Shown here: positions 51,858 through 60,099 of the stretch, in pieces
Position numbering within the stretch: position 1 is the stretch's first letter
How the letters are laid out: each line of letters starts with the position of its first letter
From: an uncultured Candidatus Peribacteria bacterium
Lineage (GTDB): Bacteria; Patescibacteriota; Gracilibacteria; Absconditabacterales; Absconditicoccaceae
DNA: 60,099 nucleotides
Assembly: GCA_964424505.1 (NCBI GenBank)
Contig: CAYRIQ010000001.1
Coordinates: forward strand, 1-60,099
Direction of reading: 5' to 3'
Notes under the pieces: model-generated
Databases searched by the model: none
What the model saw: the letters and a program-made list of their open reading frames with translations, nothing else
Told to the model about the DNA's origin: nothing
Translations under genes and position numbers: made by a program

Positions 51858-53533
51858 TTATACTGTGTATACAATTTTATCGCCAATTTCCAACTCATTT
51901 TTTTTCTCAAAAGTTCCAATGACTTGGTTTAGAGAAATCTCATCATAAATATCAATTTCCGGACAATGTAATCGTGGCCTGACGAGAAGAGTTACCTCAC
52001 CCCCGACCCCTCTCCACTCTCCCGCAGATATTGACGGGACAGGCTCCGAGAGGGGTGATTTTCCCTCTCCATAGCTTGCCCCGTATATTTCACTGCGGGG
52101 TAATGGGGAGGGATTATGGGTGGGGTAATTAATTTCCATAATATACCCGATTTCTTCTTTTCATTTCCTCGCTTCTTCTTGCTCAAGTGTTTGTCTATTT
52201 ACGAGCTGTTTTATTTTAGTAAATCTTGCTCTGATCGTAGTATATTCCACTTTTTTGTCTAATTTACTTGAAGCAGCCAAAGGCTCGTCGTGATATTCAA
52301 ACAACGCGACATTATCAAATCTTGTTTCGTTGACAAACTTCATGAGTTTATCAAAATCTTTCTCCGTTTCGCCGGGGAAACCAATGATAAGATTCGTTCT
52401 AAGAAATCTAACCGGAAATATTTTTTTAATCTGATTCAAAAAATTTTGAATATATTTTTCATCGTATGCCGAATCATTTTCGAAATCTCTAATTTCTTCA
52501 TTTCATTTGAAATTATCGTTTCTCAAATTGTCGGCATTCCTCAATCATCAAAAAGAACTGCGTTTCACTTGCTCTTTTTGCGGTTGAGGGAAAAATCTTC
52601 CCATTCTTTTCAAGACCGGCGAACTGATGTGTTGTAAAGGGATATCAAAATATGGTATAAACTTTTTCAATTTTTTTAGCTCCTCGATTTGACGTAATGT
52701 TACGATGTCGGGATACAAGTAGAGGAGTCTATAGGTGAAATCACCTTTTATTCTGTCTAATTTTTTCAATAGGTCCAATAATTTCGGCTCCCCATAAAGA
52801 TCAGTTCCATATCTCGTAGTGTCTTGTGCGATAAGAATAATTTCTTGTATTCACGCATCAATCATCTGTTGTGCTTCAGTGAGAATTTTTTCTATGGGCA
52901 AAGATTGCTGTTTTCATCTGATCGCTGGGATGATACAAAAGGTACAATGATTATCACATCATTCGGCGATTTTGAGATATTCAAATTTTTGTTCCAGGTT
53001 GGTATATACCCTTGGCGAGTTAGCAAATTCAAAATCTCCAAACGTTTTACTATCGTATCATTGCATAATATTTTTCAACGTTACTGTATTCAAATCTCCT
53101 CGTGATAAGTAATGAAGGTTTCAAAGTGGTTTTGTTACCTCACCCCTACCGCAGGCAGGCCCGGCCCCCCTCTACGGAGTGGAGATGGGTGATTTTTTAT
53201 CTCCCTCTCCATACCATGGGGAGGGATCAAGGGTGTGGTAAGACTTACTAACTTTTTATAGTACTGAACTGCACATCAGAGCAAGTATACGGTCTTCTTA
53301 GCTTTCAAAAGTTTTTTCACAGTTTCGTCAGCTTCATCTCTGCCTGAAGAAATAAATCCACAAGTATTCACAAAAACTATTTTAGTTTTCGGATCAAAAG
53401 GATCGGTAAAATAGTTCAATTGATAGTCAGGAGTCTTGATACTTATATCAAAAAGTCTACCAAGAAAATATTGGCTATCGACCAGATTTTTGGTGCATCA
53501 GAGGTTGATGAGTGAAAAATTTAGTTGTTGCAT
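51858..53533 (-). CDS. rimO: Ribosomal protein S12 methylthiotransferase RimO, interrupted: carries two GC-rich elements and a frame break in one of them
   Basis: The N-terminal frame (MQQLNFSLINLGCTKNLVDSQ...) stops at TAA 53135 inside element E5. The rest ([35 protein letters not shown], TRAM tail) is in another frame, open from 53171 to TAA 51858. Confidence 0.8.
51991..52128 (-). repeat. GC-rich palindromic element E4, in frame inside the rimO TRAM region
   Basis: About 85 percent identical by eye to E3, plus an extra tcccg...gcggga hairpin. Read as YPTHNPSPLPRSEIYGASYGEGKSPLSEPVPSISAGEWRGVGGEVT. Confidence 0.8.
53134..53241 (-). repeat. GC-rich palindromic element E5 in the rimO inter-domain linker, coincident with the frame break
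   Basis: Same termini (gttacctcacccc ... gggtgtggtaag). It lacks the 30-nt ccccg hairpin module and contains a C6/G6 run at 53165-53170. Confidence 0.8.
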
Positions 53534-53560
53534 ATATTACAAAAAAACAATAATTAAAAT

Positions 53561-53695
53561 AAACAAATCCTCACTCTCCCCACTTTAGCGTCATTCCCGA
53601 CTTGATCGAGAATCCAAGCTCAATAGTATGGATTCCCATTTTCATGGGAATGACGCCGAGACGGGGAGGGTTGTCAAGGGTCGGGTGAGTTTGTT
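53561..53695 (-). repeat. GC-rich palindromic element E6 between uvrB and rimO
   Basis: cctcactctcccc ... gggtcgggtgag termini. Inner gcgtcattccc/gggaatgacgc and gaatcca/tggattc stems shared with E2. Confidence 0.75.
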
Positions 53696-53714
53696 AAAAA
53701 AATTAAAATAAAAA

Positions 53715-55268
53715 TTATTCGTTGCTAAACACTTCTTCTATACCGTCTTTCAAGCTATATCACTCCATAAATTCTTTCAGGTGTGGTTTTTTTTTGATCA
53801 ACGTATCTATACTAAGGATGAGCGAATCATAATCTCAGGACTTGGGATAGACATAGGTAATCGGATCTAAAAGGCCAGTCGGTCTGATGATTTGCTCGAC
53901 GATCTTATCAGACAATTTCAGTTCATATTCACTAGGAGTTGCTGATAAAAAAATAGATTTCGTATCTTTTTTATGCTTTTTAACCAAAGTAATTAACTGA
54001 TTTTCTCCACGTGCTTCTTTCATTTTTTTATACATATTGAAAATTTCCACATGAGTGTTTGATACATTTGAACTGATATCAAAGGCTTGATCGAGAACAA
54101 TATCATTGATATCTTTCCATCATAAAATTCCCTCTAGCTCCTCAAATCTCAATGGTCTATGATCTACCGCTGAAGGAAGTCTAAATCCATATTTTATCAG
54201 ATTTGCTTTTCTTGATCTATCACCTCCAGGCATTGCTCTCAACTGTGGTAAGGTCATATGTGATTCATCGATAATCAATAAGAAATCATCGGGAAAATAG
54301 TCAAAAATAGTATTTGGTGGTTCTCATGGCAATCTATTATCAAAGTAGAGAGAATAGTTTTCGATACCGTTTACGAATCACGTCTCCTTGATCATTCTGA
54401 TATCATATTCCACTCTTTTTTTGATTCTCTCTGCCTCCACCAACATTCATTGTTTTTCAAATTCTTTTACTCTAAGCTCTTTTTCTGCATTCATTTGTTC
54501 CAAGATAGTATCTATATCAGAAATATCTTGCAAAAACTGCGTCGCTGGTCGGAGCGTTACTTTATTTTTATTTTCTTTATGTTCAAAAGTCAGTGAGTCT
54601 TTGAGTTCAATCAATTCAAGGGTTTCTTCATTGAAATGTAATCTATAGACAAATTTCTCTGTACTGGAAAAAATATCCAGAATATCTCCTTTAAATTCAA
54701 ACATTCCATGTTCTATCTTAGCAAGGATAGGTTTGTATTGCATATGGAGGAGCTGTTTTTTGAGCTCTTTAAATATATATTGTTTCCCGACTTCAAATTG
54801 CAAACAGTTTTCTTCAAAAAATCTTTTTTGTCAGAGTCCATAAAGTGAAGAAGCTGAAGCGACAACAATTACGTCTTTTCTAGTCAATAATGATGCCATA
54901 GTTGCAAGTCTATACATTTCGATCTCTTGGTTGATAGTTGCCTCTTTTTCTATGTATACTCATTGAGCAGGGAGATAGCTTTCTGGTTGATAATAATCAA
55001 AATACGAGACAAAATAATGTACAGCATTATTCGGAAAAAAATATTTGAATTCTGTAGCAAGTTGTGCAGCAAGGGTCTTATTATGCGAGATGATAAGTGT
55101 TGGTTTTTGAAGATGTTGAATCATATTTGCCATCGTAAAGGTCTTTCCAGTTCCTGTAGCTCAGAGGAGAGTAGCCTTATTTTTTCCACTGGCAAAAAGC
55201 ATTTTTATCTCCTCAATAGCTTTGATTTGATCTCCAGCTGGTTTATATGATGATTGTAGTTGAAACAT
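53715..55268 (-). CDS. uvrB: UvrB N-terminal portion only (ends just after the RPTGLLDP motif); C-terminal helicase domain and UVR domain absent
   Basis: [12 protein letters not shown] (Gly=TGA), [57 protein letters not shown], then about 40 unrelated residues and TAA 53715. The frame was checked codon by codon. Confidence 0.8.
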
Positions 55269-55381
55269 ATGAAGCATATATAATATAAATGAGTATACCT
55301 TATAGAGTTTTTTTTATAAAAATCCACCAGTAACTGAAATAAATTACTCTATTCTATGTAAAAAATTGTTACAATTGCGAC

Positions 55382-55409
55382 TTGACATTTTACTTTATAT
55401 CTTTATATA
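55382..55409 (+). promoter_or_regulatory. Near-consensus promoter TTGACA-16 nt-TATATA
   Basis: Read directly from the sequence, about 30 nt upstream of ATG 55438. Confidence 0.5.
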
Positions 55410-55437
55410 AACAAGATAAACAAAAAAACAAAATAAT

Positions 55438-55662
55438 ATGCCAAAACGTAAACGAATTCGAATTCCTGTTGCAATATGCAACAGCAATCCCAGCTACACG
55501 CATGTTGGGCATTATGGTTCTAAAACCATAGACAATCAACAAGATCAAAGGTGTATCATAAAAGATCAAATCAAAAATGATGTTTTAGGTATGTTTAATC
55601 GATTTGGGATGAAAATTTTTTTATGAAATATTGCCGTGTGAATTTCACACGGTTTTTTTTAA
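55438..55662 (+). CDS. Small basic hypothetical protein (74 aa); could instead be a non-coding transcript
   Basis: MPKRKRIRIP.... The ORF reads through two TGA codons into the terminator hairpin. It is bounded by a strong promoter and terminator. Confidence 0.3.
55634..55660 (+). terminator. Rho-independent terminator
   Basis: ccgtgtg-aattt-cacacgg plus T8. Confidence 0.8.
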
Positions 55663-55663
55663 A

Positions 55664-55692
55664 CAAAAAAAACTCACCGAAGTGAGTTTTTT
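55664..55692. terminator. Bidirectional terminator (A-run, ctcac-cgaa-gtgag, T-run)
   Basis: Symmetric A/T runs flank a 5-bp stem. It serves convergent rplI. Confidence 0.7.
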
Positions 55693-55732
55693 ACTCCCGC
55701 GAAGCGGGAATATGATAAGCATGGTTATGCTT

Positions 55733-56392
55733 CTAGTCTTTAAATTTTTCTTTAAGTCTTTTTATGGTTTCTTCTCTTTTTGCCAATCTTGCCACTTCTT
55801 TTTCAGCTGCCATCTCTTCTCTAGTTTTTTTTACTTTTCCATCTTCTATTTCAGTTTCTTCATATTTTTTAGGGTTTTTTGATGCAAGATGTTTTGCTAT
55901 TTTTTCCGCTTCTTCAGGATCTTGTTCTACTTTTACTATAACTTCTTTTTTTAGGTCTTTGTAGAGAAAAGGAATAGTAAATATGCCAAGTGCAGTAATC
56001 TTTTTTTTGAGTTTCAAATAATGCGGTTCAATAGTTACTCCGTATATTTCTTTGATTATAGTAGCTACATCAGACTCATCTACTTTTGCGTAAAGTGTGC
56101 CATCAGCATTTGCTTTTCTTACGAGAGTAATGTTGTTGTCGCTAGCAAGTTTGCTAAATAAATCTTCGAGTCATGTAGCTTTCTTTTTTCTTTCCGTCTC
56201 TGCAGCCACCATTTTTTGAGCAAATTTATTTTTGTTGCTTGCATCTGCCAAAACAGCTATTGCTTTGGGCAATAAAACATTTCTAGCAAAAATAGGTTTT
56301 ACCCTTACGATTTCAAATTTTTCTCCGAGATGTTTGTCACTTTGCAAGAGGATAACTTCTATCGTCTTGTTTTCTAATTTTCTTCTTGGCAT
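55733..56392 (-). CDS. rplI: Ribosomal protein L9 with a K/E-rich C-terminal extension
   Basis: IEVILLQSDKHLGEKFEIVRVKPIFARNVLLPKAIA. ORFs 56171 and 55733 are joined by TGA. The tail reads EEAEKIAKH...KEVARLAKREETIKRLKEKFKD. Confidence 0.8.
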
Positions 56393-56496
56393 CAGTATAT
56401 AAACAATAATTAAAAGACTTGTATAATGGTATTTGTAATTAACAAAAAAATACGCGTCCATATATATATAAATTTTTAGAGTAATTGCAAATGAAT

Positions 56497-57126
56497 TTAG
56501 TCGATATCGCTTATTCATGTGATAATAACCTCTTTGATTTGTATATTTGCTTTGAGAAATAGCGTTTGTAACAGCTTTTGTGCATTGGTTTTAGTGTCTT
56601 GAAAAAGAGTTCAACTCAATATATCTTGTACGATCAATTCACTAGCTTTTGCTTTAAGTTGTTGTTCCATATCTCTATCTTTTTTTGTAATGATATTGCC
56701 AGTCTTGATGCTTGGTAATGCTCAAGTAAGTTGGATGTCCAAAATGTGTGGTTTTCACAAAATAATACGTACCGTTCCATCACGAGATACTTGTATGTCT
56801 CATGTATCTATACCATCAAATATGTATCCTGCACTGATGTATCATTCTACATCCAAAATCATAGCACTTTTGAACAATACATTGTTTATTAGTTCTTCTA
56901 CACCGATAGTCGGTACTAGACTAGCCAATTCTTGCTCTCATGTGATAGTTTTATGAAATGGTATACGTGCTGTTTCTAATTTTTGCAACAAAATAAGTTG
57001 AGTTGCAATAGCATCTGTAGTTTGTCTAATTTTTTGTCCTCATTTATATTGCAACCATCACCAAAAACCATATATACAAATAAATACAATACATATTGCA
57101 ACAAAGTATTTTATAGAACGCTTCAT
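56497..57126 (-). CDS. DUF4230-like membrane-anchored protein
   Basis: MKRSIKYFVAICIVFICIYGFWGW TM helix. The body reads through eight TGA codons and ends at TAA 56497. The family call is tentative. Confidence 0.55.
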
Positions 57127-57192
57127 CAAATTCAGAAAACGACTAAAAATAGAAAAGATATACCAACGTTTCATTATACTATCAAATTACTT

Positions 57193-57666
57193 ATGAAAAA
57201 CAACATAAAAAGAAATACCTGGATTTGGATCACGATTGGACTACTTTTTGCGATAGTGGCTTACTATCTCATTACCAATACTATTCATACAAACACCATG
57301 AGTTCTAAGATATGTATAGAAAAAATATGTTTTGCTGTGGAGATTGCTCGCACAAAACAAGAACAAGAAAAATGACTGATGTATCGTATGAGTATGCCAG
57401 AAAAAGAAGGTATGGTATTTGTTTTTCCACAATCTGATGTATACAATTTTCGAATGAAAAATACTCGTATTCCATTGGATATAGTACGAATAGATGACCA
57501 CTACACAGTAGTTCGTGTAATAACTGCACAACCATGTACAAAAGATCCTTGCCCTGTATATAAACCACAAAAAATATGACAATACGTTTTGGAAATCAAT
57601 GCAGGAATAGCATCTAAATATGGAGTGCAAGAATGAACAGTAATGAATTTTCAGAATATTAAATAA
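57193..57666 (+). CDS. DUF192 (COG1430) domain protein with an N-terminal TM helix
   Basis: GLMYRMSMPEKEGMVFVF...FRMKNTRIPLDIV...YVLEINAG. Confidence 0.7.
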
Positions 57667-57914
57667 TTGGGAAAATATATCTATCAATATATTTTTTATA
57701 TGATAAATGACGTGTTGTGTTACAAAAAAAACTGCGTTTAACTACTAAGGATGTCCTATATATTACTAGAAAAAGACAATACATAGGTCAGTGATTGTTT
57801 TGATTTTTTTATATCAATCAATATTCGGGGCTCAAGTACAATCAAATTTCCTCTCATATTACAATAAAGTTGTCAAAAAGATCTGTAGTAAGACATATAT
57901 GTAAAAGAGCTATT

Positions 57915-58121
57915 ATGCAATGGATTCAAAGCAATGATGTCGTACAATCACCAATATCACATACTTTTTACAAAATTTTTATTGTACTTTCCAAAAAAAA
58001 TACAGAGGAGATAGAGAAAAAAATTGCAAATTTAATAAAAAAAGATACAATTGCTTATATTCAGGAAGAATTTGAAAAATCGTGGAAATGATTTGTTGCG
58101 CGCTTAAATTCAAAGATCTAA
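57915..58121 (+). CDS. Hypothetical small protein (start uncertain; TTG at 57870 is possible)
   Basis: Support is an open frame only. Confidence 0.3.
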
Positions 58122-58147
58122 ATAGTTTTACATAGTATTCTAGTCAT

Positions 58148-59410
58148 ATGAAGTTTTTCAAAAAAATTGTACAATGAGGATCAGATTTATTTAAATCTAT
58201 TAAATCTGACAATAGAAAAGAACTTTTGGAATTGGAAAAATTGGAAAAAAAAATAGAAGAACAGCAAAAACAAGAAAAAAAATTGATGGCAACTCCATTC
58301 GTTATCACCAATAGAATGTTTGTAAAATTTTGGGCAATTGGTGTTTTAGTGATTTTTATGTGATTGTTGGTATATACATCATTGAGTATTTTATATCTCA
58401 TCTTTATGGCATATATTGTTTCTCTAGCGATAGAAGCTATTATTGATTTTTTACAAAAAAAAATACATCATAGAGGCATATCTATTATATTAGCATATCT
58501 GTGTATTATTATTGCTTTTTTGTGATCTATGGTATTTATTATTCCATTTATGCTCAATCAGATATCTGATATTTTGACTATATTTATTTGAAATGTTGCT
58601 CATTTTCAGCAGGCATTGGAAACCAAATCTTTGATAGGGCTTATCCAAGATATTCATCGATTGCCTTCAGGACTCAAAACAGCACTATTAGATTCATTTA
58701 GTAATCCAGCAGTGGTAAATTGAGTACAAAGTCAATTACAGCAAAATATCGCACAAATAGTTAATCTTGGAACTACATATGCAACGAATATAGGAAATAT
58801 GGCAGTAAGTGCAGTCGGTACATTTTTTAATGTAATTACGCAAACTTCTATTGTGCTGACTCTTGCGGTATTGTTTTCTATTCAAAAAGATGCAGTTATG
58901 AAATTTATAGCGAGACTTGGTGGAGAAAAACAATATAAGTTTGTATATATGAAACTTGAAAGGATATACAAAAAACTTGGTATTTGGCTCAAAAGCCAAT
59001 TGTTGCTCTGTGTTTTTATCGGATTAGCTATGTATATATCATTGTGGATATTAGCAATTTTTGGTATAGATTTACCTCAAAAATGAGCACTTGCAGGGAT
59101 TGCAGCGATGACGGAATTTATACCATATATAGGTCCACTGATCTGATGATTGGCAGCCACATTAGTGGCATTTATTCATTTTGGGCCTTATGGTGCATTG
59201 ATTGTAATAGGCGTAGTGTTTTTGATTCAACGATTGGAAAATAATGTATTGATCCCTTTGTTGATGAACAAAACGCTTGGGGTCAATCCAGTCGTTATTT
59301 TTATCAGTATGATTATTTGAGCGTTGATTTTATGAGTCGTTTGAGTACTTCTTGCGGTGCCTATCGCCGTGATCATTACGCTTATTATGGAAAAAACATT
59401 TGAAGAATAA
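58148..59410 (+). CDS. AI-2E family transporter (PerM/UPF0118)
   Basis: Multiple TM helices and the family signature IAAMTEFIPYIGPLIGG...LIQRLENNVLIPLLMNKTLGVNPVVIF. The frame was checked. Confidence 0.85.
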
Positions 59411-59420
59411 TAGATAATAA

Positions 59421-59517
59421 TTATAAAATTAAAAGACTATAAAGATTAAAAAATTCTGTTTGCTAGGTAACTACGTATACAATATTCAAAATCTTTTAAT
59501 TTTCTAAATCTTTTAAG
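59421..59517. repeat. Periodic-word inverted repeat H8 3' of the transporter (AAATTAAAAGAC.. / ..TCTTTTAATTT)
   Basis: aaattaaaagactataaagattaaaaaattc ... attcaaaatcttttaattttctaaatcttttaag. Confidence 0.6.
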
Positions 59518-59523
59518 TATATT

Positions 59524-60099
59524 ATGAAAAAAAAGTTATTGCGACAATACTATAAACTACTTGGAAAGTTGGCTCATGGATATATCAACAAACATAATCC
59601 ACAAGTCATTTGAATCAACGGAAGTGTAGGGAAAACCTCATGTCGTATGATAATTTATCAGACCTTACAACAATTTTTGCCCCACAAAAAAATATATACC
59701 TCACCAAAAAATTTCAACGGAGAACTCGGACTTTCACTCTCTATTTTTCAGATAGAAAAATGGGAACCAAATATTTGGTATTTTATTGCTACATTAACCA
59801 AACTCATTCGAAAAAGATTTTTCTGATCCAATCCCTACGATATTCTTTTATTAGAATACGGTATCGATCGTCCTGGGGAGATGGACTTTCTTTTGAGTAT
59901 AACTAAACCACAGATAGGTGTTTTTACAGCGGTAGATGCAGTACATTCACAGCAATTTGGCAATCCGGCTGAGATAGCCAGAGAAGAAGTTAAAATGCTC
60001 AAAAACACTTTAGAAATATGATTTCTCAATGCTAATGATGTGTATGCTATCCAGCTTAAGGATCAATTACCTATAGATTATCTGACCTATCAAACGGAG
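59524..60099 (+). CDS. murF: UDP-N-acetylmuramoyl-tripeptide--D-alanyl-D-alanine ligase (MurF), 5' partial at the window end
   Basis: VIGINGSVGKTS (Gly=TGA), NFNGELGLSLS, LEYGIDRPGEMDFL, PQIGVFTAV. Confidence 0.8.

Noticed and set aside
50166-53241. The intragenic GC-rich segments as inteins or self-splicing introns.
   Set aside because: They encode about 35-46 aa, which is far too short for an intein, and they lack the Cys/Ser...His-Asn splice junctions. At 108-138 nt they are too short for group I or II introns. Terminal inverted repeats and intergenic copies point to a palindromic repeat element.
56690-57687. ORFs 56690-56956 (+), the 5' part of 56983-57375 (+), and 57241-57687 and 57305-57568 (-).
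   Set aside because: They are shadow frames of the DUF4230-like gene (minus strand) and the DUF192 gene (plus strand). The chosen frames give TM-anchored products with family-like motifs when read through TGA.

Overview
This AT-rich bacterial window uses genetic code 25, in which TGA encodes Gly and only TAA/TAG terminate. That code is typical of Gracilibacteria/Absconditabacteria-type Candidate Phyla Radiation genomes. The standard-code ORF track therefore fragments almost every real gene. I re-joined the fragments by reading through TGA and checking each frame for TAA/TAG.

Content:
- Core genes: obg, rlmH, pnp; a translation/transcription supercluster (rplJ-rplL-rpsB-tsf-rpsF/R-rpmH-rpoB-rpoC-rpmA-rpmF-nusB); murD, murF, mutL, nusA, nrdR, uvrB, rimO, hemW, rplI.
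- The known CPR/archaeal AMP-salvage module: ribose-1,5-bisphosphate isomerase, form II/III RuBisCO and AMP phosphorylase, followed by a pyruvate kinase lacking its C-terminal domain.
- Two tandem giant secreted proteins (about 1535 and 889 aa) that share a C-terminal triple-repeat module.

Most unusual observations:
1. A family of GC-rich nested-palindrome elements with CCTCACCCC-type terminal inverted repeats. Three copies sit inside the hemW and rimO reading frames and are read through as peptide. One of them breaks the rimO frame.
2. Intergenic hairpins built from 7-8 nt periodic AT-rich words, located just 3' of stop codons. One arm also occurs inside a CDS.
3. An in-frame S6-S18 ribosomal protein fusion.
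4. A uvrB that lacks its C-terminal helicase domain and ends next to a GC-rich element.
5. A minimal [FeFe]-hydrogenase H-domain-like gene between two radical-SAM genes.
6. A murD gene paired divergently with a PP-loop, MurL-like gene.

I saw no rRNA, tRNA, CRISPR array, transposase or recognisable defence system.
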